64,000 nucleotides of DNA from Neoechinorhynchus agilis (Eukaryota > Animalia > Acanthocephala). Each line of letters starts with the position of its first letter. The stretch's first letter is position 1. The translations under genes and the position numbers were made by a program. The stretch spans positions 3,008,389 to 3,072,388 of the forward strand of contig CM121343.1 of NCBI GenBank assembly GCA_051530055.1, given 5' to 3'. The notes beneath the pieces are model-generated. The model searched no databases. It worked only from the letters and a program-made list of their open reading frames with translations, and was not told where the DNA came from. Shown in pieces: positions 19,951-32,689 of the stretch.

Positions 19951-22735
19951 ATGGAGGAGAAGCAGAATATCAACACGAAGGACCCTGATCTACCGCCTTG
20001 CTCTAAAGGTATTCTTATCTCATTTATGCCCCAAAGCTAACATTGTAACCTCTTAGCGCCGGTGGACGTGCAAGAAGACGTTCGAAGCACAGAGAGGCGG
20101 AGACGAGTGAGTTCGGCTCTCGAATGTAAGCCTTTTCGAAATGACCTGGAATCCATCGTAAAGCATGGAGTGCTCTTAAATCAACAACCTAAAGATGATT
20201 ATGAGACATTAGATCGGTTTCGACTCCTACCTGATTTGAATTATACTACTGCGCTTTCGCGGATGTTGATCCCCATTGATGATATCCATCGTTTTAACCC
20301 TGTTCCGTCGAGACCTTCTGAACAAAACATTCTAATGGGCCCTGACGAAATTCTTTTACGATGTAAAGTAGCCAGTCTTTGTAGACTAATTGATTCGCTT
20401 TACGACGAAATCGAAGTGTCCGGTGACCGCCTATGCAACACTCATGTTACTGCTCGGTTAAATGAAAGCGAAGAGCTGTTTTTGGTCAATCCGTACGGAC
20501 TTATGTTGTGTGAAATCACTGCTAGGAGTTTGCTTAAAGTAGATGCCGCAGGTTTGTAGGGTTTAATGAAGCAAATATTTCAAAAGGCGAAGTACTGCAG
20601 GAAACATCATAAATGAAGATGGATCGCGATCGCATGGAACAGGGGACGACGGGCTAATCGTGTACAACCGAGCTTCCTTCGCTATTCACGCTGCTATTCA
20701 CAGAACCCGATACGATGTCCAATGCATAGTTCATTTACATCATTTGGCCGTGATCACTGTTTCATGTTTAAAGACAGGTCTTTTACCCCTGTGCCGCGAA
20801 GCACTTTTTCTTGGTGGAATAAGTTATCACGATCAAAACGATCATCCAACTACGATCGACAACAGTGAAGATATCCAAAAAATTCTATGCGAAGAACTTG
20901 GCCCCTTTAATAAGGTGCGGATAGACCCACGTTTTTCTTCGATTTACACGCAGCGTTTGCGCACGTTCACTAAGATTAGGTATTGATTTGGCGCAATCAT
21001 GGAATGTCGATTTGTGGCGAATCCGTTCAAGACGCTTGGCAATTGATCGCTAAAGCTATAAAGGCATGTAAAGTACAATGCGGTGCCATGATGGTGGGAC
21101 TTGAGAATCTCAATGTACCGAATACAAAAGTTCAGCGAGAGGTGAATCGGCATTTTTTCTCGCATTTCTCGCTTAGGTTATTATCATCGTAGATGGTAGA
21201 AGTTTCAAGATCACATCTATCATCATTGCAGGGAGAACATGTCCGCGGAGCTTGTGAATACGAATTCGAAGCAGCTATGAGATGGCTGGATATGATTGGT
21301 CTTAAGACTGGATACCGCTATAAATATATAAAACCAGTACTTCCATGGGAATGCTCATCTCAGTGTGCTGCCCGTGGTGATTCATCATTTACGCGATACC
21401 AGCAAATATCGATTCCTTCATCACCCAGCGAGTACTGCTTCTCTCCTAATTCATATGTGAAAAAGTCTTCGAACTCTTGGACCAAACCAACCGTTTTATC
21501 GGTCAGTGAAGTCACTCGCATTCCAACCATACGACCAGCACTGAAATTGAATTCTAAGCCGTTTGTGGGATCACCTGATAAACGGGCTGAACTTGAGGAA
21601 AGATGCAGACAACTGCATGAGAAGCGTGCTCATGCTATTATAGACCCTGGCCCTTCAGGGGCTATTATGAGACGTTCAAACGAGACTCCAAATCTTCCTC
21701 CACCAAATGTACCGGCCACAATTCTAATGGGTGCAGCCAGCCTTGCTATTGTTAAACGATCAGAACAAAAAAATCCATCCGTGTACAGATCTGAGCTATC
21801 AAATGCAAATCCTTTTAAGATGATGAATACAAACGACGCACAAGATCAGGCAAGTCTCAATGGAAATAATTGTAATAGAGGTAAGCGCCGTTGGTTGTAT
21901 GCTTCAAAATGATGTACATCGTCCACATTTCCTCATCAGCCGCTTAAATCATGCTTTGGATGCCCCGGAGAAATTTCATCTGAAGTTGCAGCTGCATTGT
22001 CATTAAATCGCAAACATCTTTCATCGATTTTATAGGTTTCTGTCCAATTTCCCCGCGTCAAAACTCGAATTACTGGTGCTCTAAAAGGTAATAAGTCCTC
22101 AACATTTTTGACCTTGTCCTGTCACATTGATTCATGAAACATAAATGAGAGTCACTAAAAATCATAAAATCAAATTATTAATTTAAAGGCAATTTATGTT
22201 TCCTTGAAAACCGGTGTTTTGCGAACCGCATTTTCACTACCATTCATGCAAATTAAAGTCTAGGTGTTTTTCTCTTATTAAATCAAGAAATCAGCATGTC
22301 TACTAGAAATGCGATTTTATTGTAAATCTTTCTGTAAAGAAAATGATTGAGTTTGTGCCAATAGTACTTTTAATAGTTTTTAAAGCGTCGGTCTTTTTGC
22401 CGTGTGGGTCGTAAAATATCGAAACCATAACGATAATGAAACATGGCTAATACTTCTGAGTACAACAATGATTTACTGCATTGCAAGAACGCTTTTTTGT
22501 AACAAAATAAGTTCACGTTAATTAAAACTGCTCAAATAAAGGGTTGTTATTATTAAACGCTTACCTGCAGTATAATTTAGTATCAAGTGAAGACGACGAA
22601 ATAGTAGTCATTGGAGTGGATAACGTCTCCGAATCAAAGGAAATTTCAAAGAAAAAAACCAGCTTTCGAACTCCGTCTTTCCTAAAGAAGAGGAAAGGCA
22701 TGAAGAAGGAAAATGTGCCCGCTGCCAGGGTTTGA
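19951..22735 (+). CDS. ADD1: Adducin (class II aldolase-like head, MARCKS-like tail)
   Basis: Exons 19951-20008, 20057-20551, 20601-20914, 20980-21141, 21193-21880, then probably 22036-22087 and a last exon ending at 22735. Motifs RRVSSALECKPFRNDLE, EILLRCKVASLCRL, FLVNPYGLMLCEITARSLLKVD, IHAAIHRTRYDVQCIVHLH, WRNHG and KKKTSFRTPSFLKK. Confidence 0.92.
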
Positions 22736-23312
22736 TTTTTCTTTACTATCGTTTGCCGAGAATGATCTGGTACATTGCTGCGTGCACGCCCAAGTGCTCG
22801 ATCATCTTCTTTTCTCTGGTGATTCCACCTTCGCCTTTTGCATTCACCACTTTACTTTCTAAATAAATAACAAATCTGCTGCATTCATGGCATCTGGGCT
22901 GCCATACGCACGTATCAAAAATTATTGATTTATTAAATCGTATTGATACAATCAGGTGTGATTTGAGTGAGTGTTGCATCAATCTAGATTTCCCCGTACA
23001 AGTCCCTACCGCTATTGGTTTGCCTTATGTCTGAACGACTGATCACTTTTCTTGAACACTGGCCACTAATATGGGCCAGGGAAGCGCATGAAATCAACAA
23101 CAAGATTTAATCAACATCATTCGGAGTAAGACTTTGGTGTTTATTTTGTCCATTTGATTATGCGATTAGAGCAGAAAAAACGCAACTCTTCGGCCCAGGC
23201 GAAAGGATCATGAAATCATACTTAGTACCCTACTGCTGAACCATACGACGCGGTTATGGATTTGTGCAATCCGCCGGATAATTCAACACTTGCTCCAAGC
23301 TATAACTGGCAA

Positions 23313-23534
23313 AGTTTGTACATTCCGTAGGGTCCCGAATCTCTGTTTCAAGGTCGAAAGGTTCCAAATCCATCATCACCGATGAATCCTACCTCCTCGG
23401 GAGGTATCTGAGGATCCGGAATGTTGAGTACAAAACTCTTAACCGCGTGGTTCAGCAGGGTATTAAGTGTGATTTTATGTGCTTCCCTTAACCAGATCGG
23501 TGGATTGTGCGCCCAGGCAATAAAACTATCAGCC
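23313..23534 (+). mobile_element. SINE family 1, copy 3 (internally deleted)
   Basis: Degenerate B-box GGTTCCAAATCC, then GATGAATCCTACCTCCTCGGGAGGTATCTGAGGATCCGG...GATCGGTGGATTGTG...ACTATCAGCC, matching the reverse complements of copies 1 and 2. Confidence 0.75.
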
Positions 23535-24599
23535 ATGTAAAAAATGTTCACAACACTTGGAGAAATATAATGATTCTTTTCAAAAGAGGTTTACAAGGCT
23601 GTGTTACTACCCTTAAAACTGGGATATATCTTATTGTATATTAATGAGATTTAGACCACTTGACGCTCTTGAATGACTGAACTACCGATATTGGGTTTCA
23701 TGATCATAGATATGCTGCATAAAGGAATTTCGAGCATATATGGCAAAAGGTTCAATTGAGTTCTATAAGAGTAATAACTACACTTGTTAAAAATCATGCA
23801 ATGATAATGTTCATCCTGACAATCGTTTCTATCGAAAACCTCCTAATGAAAAATTTTACGAGTCAAAAAGAAGATTTGAAGTTTGTCAGCGAACGACAAT
23901 GAAGAAAATCGAAATCAGAATTGAGGAAGGCATAAAATGTGTTTCCAAGAGATATTGTAAAATTTATAACGTCGCAACAAAGCGTAAAATCAATTATTGA
24001 ACACGGTGAAGTGTTCATGGCTTACATCATTAAAGACATGGATGATTACGTCGTTCTACAGTCTCATGGCGAACTCCAACAAAAAAATTAGTCTATTAAT
24101 TTTGTGGCACTACTTGAAAACTTGCGACCGAAACCCTAGTTAAAATTTAATAAACGCGGCTCTAAAAATCCCCGCCCAATCAATATCAATAATTTGAGTT
24201 GCAGGGAAAAGGAAATGATGAAAGACGAGATTCCGGTATCCGATTTTTTAATTTAAAACATAATAATGCTGCTCAATACTGCGGAAAATCTAGTAACTAA
24301 ACACGCGGCGCGTTCCCAGGTTGCTGATGGGAGAAAGCACTAAAAGGCAACTTCCCACGGGAATAGCCTCTTGATGCAACTTAGCACTGTTGAGGACTGG
24401 GTCGCGGACCAACAGAAAGCAAGGCGTAGGTTCTTGATAGAACCAAGAGCTAAGGCAGCGAGTGTCCCTGGCGGAAACCATCGGAGGAGCATCGCAAAGG
24501 CCAACCTTTCGTGGGGACACGTCCTGGCGCGGCTGCAATGTAACCGGAGCTGTGGGTCAAACGGTATACCAGGACCCATGAACGGTTACATCATCGCAA

Positions 24600-25900
24600 T
24601 AGTGCAGTCCAAGAAAGCCAACTCGTGTTAGGCTTTCCCTTGCCAGTTGAACATCTCCTGAATGGCGAAGTGGTATGGTTGACGAAAGCGCGAGTTCTTA
24701 CCCACCTTAAAGAATTCATAGCACGGGCTCTGACCCTCGCCACGTCCTGAGCAATGCCGGTGTGATGACCACAGTCAGGTAAAAATCGGGACAATTGTCT
24801 ACTTCGTGTCCTGCCGGCATGTCTATGCAACCTTGTTTAAGGAGGCTCTACGAACCCTAAACAGAGAATGGCAATAAAATGCGCCCATAGAATTCGTTGC
24901 ACTTGACCCCGATAGACTTTATAGACAAATCCGTCGACTGTCAATGAGAAACAGCATTGCTCCAGTCTTGACAATCCTGCGTTTAACGGCTAGCCAAATT
25001 TATCTCCGCTATGTGGAGGATGTACTGTTCACCAATGGAGAGGATTGTGAGGTCTATGACGTGAAGAAGAGGTTGAATTCCATGGATCCTGTTGATGGGA
25101 TTAAGATTAAGCGAGACAGACCATCGGATTATCTGCTGTTTGTCAATTTGTACTTCAAAGTTAATCAGGTCACTGATTTCAGTTGGTATCACAAACTGTG
25201 CCGTAAAAAGATAGTCGTGCATCGAGATTCTTATCATCCTTTGCGATAATGAAACAGAGAATTTATGCTGAAATGCACAGGGCAGCACTGGTTTGTTCAT
25301 CGTCATTAACGGAGAAACGATTGGCGATAGACAAAGTGAACGCTCGCTGAAAACGAAACAAGATCATGAGGTTCCAATCGGGAATAGATGTTCGGATTGT
25401 CCACAGAACGGCAACGCGATCTGGACATCATGAAACACCGGAAACATATCCAGCATCGTCTTTGATGTGTACGCACAATGGAAGTCCGGGGACGCAAATA
25501 CCCGACAAGATTTGATTTGCACTCGAAGCAACGTGGTCTACCAAATGACATGCGAATGATATTTGGCCGATGACAATCGCTAGTCCATTTACATAGGCAA
25601 AACTGAACGGCCCTTGCATCAACATGAGTCATTGGGCAAAACACCACTCAGGGTGCCGCAGCGAGTTAGGTTTGTAGCCAAAGACTCCTTTGGAACCATC
25701 CTTAAAGCTATACTTATATCCCGGGCGATTGTAAGAGGATTATGTTTCCGTGGACAGTCCGAAGGAGAGTTCTGGACATCAGATCGACAAAGCCCCAGAA
25801 CTGCTCGCTACTTTAACGCACATTTAAGAAGTCGCAAGACGGCAAAAGCTCCGAACGATTCTATTATTACAGAAGTCCGTTTAGGTGTCCATTTTCGAAC
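24600..25900 (+). mobile_element. Penelope-like element, degenerate RT plus GIY-YIG endonuclease
   Basis: LYRQIRRLSMRNSIAPVL...YLRYVEDVLF...LNSMDP...LLFVNL...WYHK...HRDSYHP (RT), then ICTRSNVVYQMTCE...IYIGKTERPL (GIY-YIG). Multiple stops and frameshifts. Confidence 0.85.
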
Positions 25901-25994
25901 ATAAAACCTGGTTCTAAAGAAAGCATGTCCCAATTCCGCTAGATTGGAATTCTACATCCGATCAGTCATCCAATGCTGCGGTCGCGAGAACAAA

Positions 25995-26165
25995 AGAATA
26001 AATTGATCATTGCTGCATGGAACGTGCGTACTTTCCTTCCTGCGAAGAGCTGCTTTAGTTGTGATCGAACTCAACCTTGACCGAATCTACGACATTCTTG
26101 AACCTTGGTGGCGGTACGTGGATGCTGACCGAATCAAACAACAGCAACGACTCGCTAAACTCATT
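25995..26165 (+). mobile_element. Short composite: RTE-like APE N-terminus followed by a PLE RT piece
   Basis: NKLIIAAWNVRT...ALVVIEL (start of an APE endonuclease), followed by EPWWRYVD..., nearly identical to 15515-15585. Confidence 0.5.
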
Positions 26166-26537
26166 ATGAAAAAGCCAAGATCAACACATACAGTGGATAG
26201 TTGACTATGTTTTAAGTTTTATCACGTGGAAAGGAACTTAAATGCATTCGCCGAGCCATAATTTCAGCAAAAGGCACAATTCGTTATCCACTTGGTTTTT
26301 AGTCCACTTGAAGAACACTGCGGAATAATATTAAAAATGCAGGGACACAGACTAACTAATTAATGGACAATTAAAGATTAAAAATGGTGTAAAAGCTGCA
26401 GAAACGATCTCAGTTATTTGACGTCTCTTCTCACCGATTCTAGTATTTGAGCTTTGAAGCAGAGTGGATATTTTACTTGGATGATTTTCATTACACACAG
26501 AACCCCTGGCTATTTTATTGCCAAAATCTTTTTCGTT

Positions 26538-29336
26538 TTACTTGGAAAAAAAATGAATGTTACGTGATCTCAGACTCCGATCGCACCTTCTTCGGTACAA
26601 ATTTCCGTCAATCAGTTTAGCTAGAAGTTGATTGCAGTGAGCTTTAGCGTCCGAATCGGATTCAGGAATGATGCAAGTAGCGTCTATGTTGATGGAATCG
26701 CTAATGTTTGATTGTGATTGGTCCTGCTCAGCTGTAAGATTTTGAACTGGAAATGGATTGCGGTGAACTCCAAAGCCCGCGTCCGATTCAGGAATGGTGG
26801 AAGTAACGTCTACGTCGATGGAATCGCTGGTGTTTGATTGTGATTGGTCCTCCTCAGCTGTAAGAACTTGAACTGGAAATGAATTGCAGTGAACTCCAAC
26901 GCCCGCGTCCGATTCAGGAATGGTGGAAGTAACGTCTACGTCGATGGAGTCGCTGATGTTTGATTGTGATTGGTCCTCCTCAGCTGTAAGAACTTGAACT
27001 GGAAATGGATTGCGGTGAACTCCAACGCCCGCGTCGGATTCAGAAATGATGGGAATAACGTCTACGTCAATGGAATCGCTGGTGCTTGATTGGTCCTCCT
27101 CAGCTGTAAATATTTGAAATGGAAATGGGTTGTAACGAGCCTCAGCGTTCCAATCGGATTCCGGAATTATTGAAGTAACGTCTATGTCGGTGGAATCACT
27201 GGCGCTTGATTGGTCATCCTCATCTGTGAGTTGAACTGGAAATGGATTGCAACGAGCTCCTGCGTTCCAATCGGATTCTGGAATGATGGGAATAACGTCT
27301 AAGTCGATGGAATCGCCGATGTTTGGTAGGTTCTCCTCGGGCGTAAGAATTTGAACTGGAAATGGATGGCAGCGAGCTACAGCGCCCCAATCGGATTCAG
27401 GAATTATTGAAGTAACGTCTAAGTCGATGGAATCACTGATGTTTGATTGGTTCTCCTTCGTTCTAAGAATTTGAAATGGGAATTGATTATAAAAAACTCC
27501 AACGCCCGAATCGGATTCAGGAATGATGGGAATAACGTCTATGTCGATGGAATCGTTGATGTTTGATTGGTCCTCCTCAGGTGTAGAAATTTGAAATGGA
27601 AATTGATTATAGTGAACTCCTACGTCCGAATCCGATTCAGAAATGATTGAGGTAACGTCTATGTCGATGGAATCGTTGATGTTTGATTGGTCCTCCTCAG
27701 GTGTAGAAATTTGAAATGGAAATTGATTATAGTGAACTCCTACGTCCGAATCCGATTCAGAAATGATTGAGGTAACGTCTATGTCGATGGAATCGCTGAT
27801 GTTTGATTCGTCCTCCTCGGCTGTAAGGATTTGCATTGGAAATGGATTGCAGTGAGCTCCTACGTCCGAATCGGATTCAGAAATGATTGAGGTAACGTCT
27901 ATGTCGATGGAATCGATGATGTTTGATTGGTCGTCCTCAGGTGTAAAAATTTGAAATGGAAATTGATTATAGTGAACTCCTACGTCCGAATCGGATTCAG
28001 AAATGATTGAGGTAACGTCTATGTCGATGGAATCGATGATGTTTGATTGGTCCTCCTCAGGTGCAAAAATTTGAAATGGAAATTGATTATAGTGAACTCC
28101 TACGTCCGAATCGGATTCAGAAATGATTGAGGTAACGTCTATGTCGATGGAATCGATGATGTTTGATTGGTCCTCCTCAGGTGCAAAAATTTGAAATGGA
28201 AATTGATTATAGTGAACTCCTACGTCCGAATCGGATTCAGAAATGATTGAGGTAACGTCTATGTCGATGGAATCGATGATGTTTGATTGGTCCTCCTCAG
28301 GTGCAAAAATTTGAAATGGAAATTGATTATAGTGAACTCCTACGTCCGAATCGGATTCAGAAATGATTGAGATAACGTCTATGTCGATGGAATCGATGAT
28401 GTTTGATTGGTCCTCCTCAGCTGTAAAAATTGTAAATGGAAATTGATTACTTTGAGCTTCATCACCCCAATCGAATTCAGGAATGATTGAGGTAACGTCT
28501 AAGTCGATGGAATCACCGATGTTTGATTGGTCCTCCTTCGTTCTAAGAATTTGAAATGGGAATTGATTATAGTGAACTCCAACGCCCGAATCGGATTGAG
28601 GAATGATTGGAATAACGTCTATGTCGATGGAATCGATGATGTTTGATTGGTCCTCCTCAGCTGTAAGTATTTGATCTGGAAATGGATTGCAACGAGCTTC
28701 TGCGTTCCAATCGGATTCTGGAATGATGGGAATAACATCTATGTCGATGGAATCACTGATGTTTGATTGATCCTCCTTCGTTCTAAGAATTTGAAATGGA
28801 AATTGATTACAGTGAGCTCCAGCGCCCCAATCGGATTCAGGAATGATTGAAGTAACGTCTAAGTTGATGGAATCACTGATGTTTGATTGGTCCTCCTCGG
28901 CTGTAAGAATTTGATCTAAAAATGGATTGCAATGAGCTCCTGCGTTCCAATCGGATTCAGGAATGATTGAAGTAACGTCTAAGTCGATGGAATCGCTGGT
29001 GTCTGATTGTGATTGGTCCTCCTTAGTTGTAAGATTTTTAACTGGAAATGGGTTGCACTGAGCTCCAGCGCCCGAATCGGATTCAGAAATGATGGAGCTG
29101 ACGTCTACGTTGATGGAATCTTTGATGCTTGATTTCGATTGGTCCTGCTCAGCTGTCAGAAGTTGAACTGGAAATGGATTGCAGTGAGTTCCGGCGTCCC
29201 AATCGGATTCTGGAATGATGGAGGTGGTGACGTCTATGTCGATTGAGTTATTAATGTTCGATTGTGATTGGTCCTTCTCAGCTGCCAACCTTTTGGAGGG
29301 TTTTGCAACGGACGTGCTGCTGGTTTTATATTCCAT
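26538..29336 (-). CDS. Orphan intronless acidic tandem-repeat protein, paralogue A (932 aa, 22 repeats of 39-43 aa)
   Basis: ORF stays open over 2.8 kb and all unit length changes are multiples of 3 (core period 120 bp at 28021/28141/28261). Unit EEDQSNISDSIDIDVTSIISESDSDVGVHYNQFPFQIF / ...WNAGARCNPFPVQL. Confidence 0.75.
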   Translation of the reverse strand: MEYKTSSTSVAKPSKRLAAEKDQSQSNINNSIDIDVTTSIIPESDWDAGTHCNPFPVQLLTAEQDQSKSSIKDSINVDVSSIISESDSGAGAQCNPFPVKNLTTKEDQSQSDTSDSIDLDVTSIIPESDWNAGAHCNPFLDQILTAEEDQSNISDSINLDVTSIIPESDWGAGAHCNQFPFQILRTKEDQSNISDSIDIDVIPIIPESDWNAEARCNPFPDQILTAEEDQSNIIDSIDIDVIPIIPQSDSGVGVHYNQFPFQILRTKEDQSNIGDSIDLDVTSIIPEFDWGDEAQSNQFPFTIFTAEEDQSNIIDSIDIDVISIISESDSDVGVHYNQFPFQIFAPEEDQSNIIDSIDIDVTSIISESDSDVGVHYNQFPFQIFAPEEDQSNIIDSIDIDVTSIISESDSDVGVHYNQFPFQIFAPEEDQSNIIDSIDIDVTSIISESDSDVGVHYNQFPFQIFTPEDDQSNIIDSIDIDVTSIISESDSDVGAHCNPFPMQILTAEEDESNISDSIDIDVTSIISESDSDVGVHYNQFPFQISTPEEDQSNINDSIDIDVTSIISESDSDVGVHYNQFPFQISTPEEDQSNINDSIDIDVIPIIPESDSGVGVFYNQFPFQILRTKENQSNISDSIDLDVTSIIPESDWGAVARCHPFPVQILTPEENLPNIGDSIDLDVIPIIPESDWNAGARCNPFPVQLTDEDDQSSASDSTDIDVTSIIPESDWNAEARYNPFPFQIFTAEEDQSSTSDSIDVDVIPIISESDAGVGVHRNPFPVQVLTAEEDQSQSNISDSIDVDVTSTIPESDAGVGVHCNSFPVQVLTAEEDQSQSNTSDSIDVDVTSTIPESDAGFGVHRNPFPVQNLTAEQDQSQSNISDSINIDATCIIPESDSDAKAHCNQLLAKLIDGNLYRRRCDRSLRSRNIHFFSK

Positions 29337-29934
29337 TTATGTCGACCAACAAAGAAGATCTTTACGAAGTGTAACCCTCCAGAGCTCAATCGCATCTCTT
29401 ATGAGACCAGTTTCCATAGTAACACTTAAACCGCAACCATTATTATCATATATTTTTTTTAACATACAATCATTCTGTCAATAATGGAATACTTTTTTCC
29501 CTAGTAATCCCTCCGACGAAAGCCTCAATGCGAGTCGATAGTTACTCTGAACCCGTCACCATCATCTTAGTTCTAAAAAATCATTATTTAATCAAAAACC
29601 GATCACAACATTTTGCACAAAGTTTTAACCAAAGATTTGTTATGTTTTCAGTTTGATAACCTGGAAAAGAACTTCAATGCATTAGCCGAGCCATAATTTC
29701 AGCTAAAGGTATAATTCGTTATCCACTTGGTTTTTAGTCCACTTGAAGAACACTGCGGAATAATATTAAAAATGCAGGGACACAGACTAACTAATTAATG
29801 GACAATTAAAGATTAGAAATGGTGTAAAAGCTGCAGAAACGATCTCAGTTATTTGACGTCTCTTCTCACCGATTCTAGTATTTGAGCTTTGAAGCAGAGT
29901 GGATATTTTACTTGGATGATTTTCATTACAGACA
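29337..29934. repeat. Non-coding part of the duplicated unit (segments U and R)
   Basis: 29337-29640 is near-identical to 32690-32993. The R segment (ATAATTCGTTATCCACTTGG...GAAGCAGAGTGG) occurs four times, at about 26205-26537, 29641-29934, 31180-31441 and 32994-33273. Confidence 0.9.
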
Positions 29935-30770
29935 GTTGATAACGGGAATGACAGTGGTAAGATTTGGTTGACGGACGTTCTGATTAAACGCCCAACGCAA
30001 GGTAAAGTGTTCATTACACTTTTTCGTAAACTGAACGGATCTTTGGGACCACCACATTGGTCTAGTTATCAATCGATGGGGCATAAAATCTCCGTTATCA
30101 CTTCGCATTTCCATAGAGCTTCTCTGATATGATCCACTTGAGTTGTCTGGAGTAAGGAAAGGGAGAGGATATTTAAGGAGTTGAAAATAAGGGGATATCC
30201 CCAATGGATTATAGATTGCAAAATAAAAAGCTATGAATATCGACCACATAACACAAAATCGTTTGCGGAGTCCGTTACCTTCGAAAAAGTTGACTTCATC
30301 AAAGATGAATCCAATCGAATTATCTATTCCATTATGAGGAAGAAGACTAAAATCCACCTTTGCAATTAAAAAAGAAATCGCCCTCAGAAACACATTCAAG
30401 AGGGAGGGTGAAACCGAGCCGACTTATGAGTTCATGCATTGTGAACAGTGTGATAGTTTCTATATGGGGCAAACGATGCAGCGTTTTAAAAACAAGGTCG
30501 CCTAACACAAACAGTTCAAATCCATTGGTCGCTGGGTTCCATTGGAGTTGCGAGGCAGCTGAAAGGGCTGGGATCAGGTCTGAGATCGCCCATAGGCCCC
30601 AGAAGATGGTTGGCCCTGTCCCTTCCAGTGCGGCTAAGCGCCTCCGAAGTGCGTGAGTTATCCAAGAGGCTCCCAAAGAACGAAAAAGGATCCCAAAGGC
30701 ATGCCGTAAGGCCATTAGTGAATAATTGTATGGATGTGTGAGGTTGTGCAATAAATAAATAACACAAACA
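29935..30770 (+). mobile_element. Penelope-like element 3' fragment (RT thumb plus GIY-YIG)
   Basis: WLTDVLIKR...TLFRK...HWSSYQSMGHKISV...HRASLI...RGYPQWII, then YEFMHCEQCDSFYMGQTMQRFKNKV. Interrupted at 30527-30646 by a SINE family 2 core. Confidence 0.85.
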
Positions 30771-31441
30771 AGTCTGTAGCAAATTTAAGCACTCTTATGC
30801 CATTTTAAATCACCAAGAGATTTTCAACATCGTGCAGACTTCGGTGACACTTATTTTGTAGAAAGAGAGCAAAATCTAAAAAGACTTCTTGTTTTAGAAG
30901 CTTTACATATCGCTGCGTCCGACACAATAGAAGGAAACAAAGCTAATTTTAGCTTACAACTACCGGCTGGCCACTTATTAAAATTCAACGCAAAACGTAG
31001 CACGGCGCAGGGCTTCGAGCGGATGCACGGTAACCGAACTTCAGGAATGACGAACCCGCGAGCCCGAGCCACATAGCACATAAAATCTAACAACTATTTA
31101 GATTACTAATGAAGCGAGGTTACCTCGCGAAGTATCTAAAAAATATGTCATGCCCGGGAATATGTTCAACAAAATTCTAATAATTCGTTATCCACTTGGT
31201 TTTTAGTCCACTTGAATAACACTGCGGAATAATATTAAAAATGCAGGGACACAGACTAACTAATTAATGGACAATTAAAGATTAGAAATGGTGTAAAAGC
31301 TGCAGAAACGATCTCAGTTATTTGACGTCTCTTCTCACCGATTCTAGTATTTGAGCTTTGAAGCAGAGTGGATATTTTACTTGGATGATTTTCATTACAC
31401 GCAGAACCCCTGGCTATTTTATTGCCAAAATCTTTTTCGTT

Positions 31442-32689
31442 TTACTTGGAAAAAAATTGAATGTCACGTGATCTCAGACTCCGATCGCACCTTCTTTGAC
31501 ACAAATTTCCGTCAATCAGTTTAGCTAGAAGTCGATTGCAGTGAGCTTTAGCGTCCGAATCGGATTCAGGAATGATGCAAGTAGCGTCTATGTCGATGGA
31601 ATCGCTAATGTTTGATTGTGATTGGTCCTGCTCAGCTGTAAGATTTTGAACTGGAAATGGATTGCGGTGACCTCTAGCGTCCCAATCAGATTCAGGAATG
31701 GTGGAAGTAACGTCTACGTCGATGGAATCGCTGGTGTTTGATTGTGATTGGTCCTCCTCAGCTCTAAGAACTTGAACTGGAAATGGATTGCAGTGAGCTC
31801 CAGTGCCCGAATCAGATTCACGAATGATGGGAATAGCGTCTATGCCGATGGAATCGTTGATGTTTGATTGGTCCTCCTCAGGTGTAAGTTCAACTGGCAA
31901 TGGATTGCAATCAACTCCAGGGCCCCAATCGGATTCATAAATGATTGAAGTAGCATCCATGTCGATGGAATCACTGATGTTTGATTGTGACTGGTCCTCC
32001 TCAGCTGTAAGTTGAACTGGAAATGGATTGTAGCGAGCTCCTGCGTTCCAATGGAATTCAGGAATGTTGGAAACGACGTCCATGTCGAATGAATCACTGA
32101 TGTTTGATTGTGATTGGTCCTCCTCAGCTGTAAGAAATAGAACTGGAAATGGATTGCGACGACCTTCTGCGTTCCAACTGGATTCAGGAATGATGGAAAT
32201 AAGATTTAAGTCAATGGAATCGCTGATGCTTGATTGTGATTGGTCCTCCTCAGGTGTAAGAATTTGATCTGGAAATGGATTGCAACGAGCTCCTGCGTTC
32301 CAATCGGATTCTGGAATGATGGAAGTAACGTCTAAGTCGATGGAATCGCTGGTGTCTGATTGTGATTGGTCCTCCTTAGTTGTAAGATTTTTAACTGGAA
32401 ATGGGTTGCACTGAGCTCCAGCGCCCGAATCGGATTCAGAAATGATGGAGCTGACGTCTACGTTGATGGAATCGTTGATGCTTGATTTCGATTGGTCCTG
32501 CTCAGCTGTCAGAAGTTGAACTGGAAATGGATTGCAGTGAGTTCCGGCGTCCCAATCGGATTCTGGAATGATGGAGGTGGCGACGTCTATGTCGATTGAG
32601 TTATTAATGTTCGATTGTGATTGGTCCTTCTCAGCTGCCAACCTTTTGGAGGGTTTTGCAACGGACGTGCTGCTGGTTTTATATTCCAT
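31442..32689 (-). CDS. Orphan acidic tandem-repeat protein, paralogue B (415 aa, 9 repeats)
   Basis: N-terminus (MEYKTSSTSVAKPSKRLAAEKDQ) and C-terminus are near-identical to paralogue A; the internal repeat array differs. Confidence 0.75.
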   Translation of the reverse strand: MEYKTSSTSVAKPSKRLAAEKDQSQSNINNSIDIDVATSIIPESDWDAGTHCNPFPVQLLTAEQDQSKSSINDSINVDVSSIISESDSGAGAQCNPFPVKNLTTKEDQSQSDTSDSIDLDVTSIIPESDWNAGARCNPFPDQILTPEEDQSQSSISDSIDLNLISIIPESSWNAEGRRNPFPVLFLTAEEDQSQSNISDSFDMDVVSNIPEFHWNAGARYNPFPVQLTAEEDQSQSNISDSIDMDATSIIYESDWGPGVDCNPLPVELTPEEDQSNINDSIGIDAIPIIRESDSGTGAHCNPFPVQVLRAEEDQSQSNTSDSIDVDVTSTIPESDWDARGHRNPFPVQNLTAEQDQSQSNISDSIDIDATCIIPESDSDAKAHCNRLLAKLIDGNLCQRRCDRSLRSRDIQFFSK

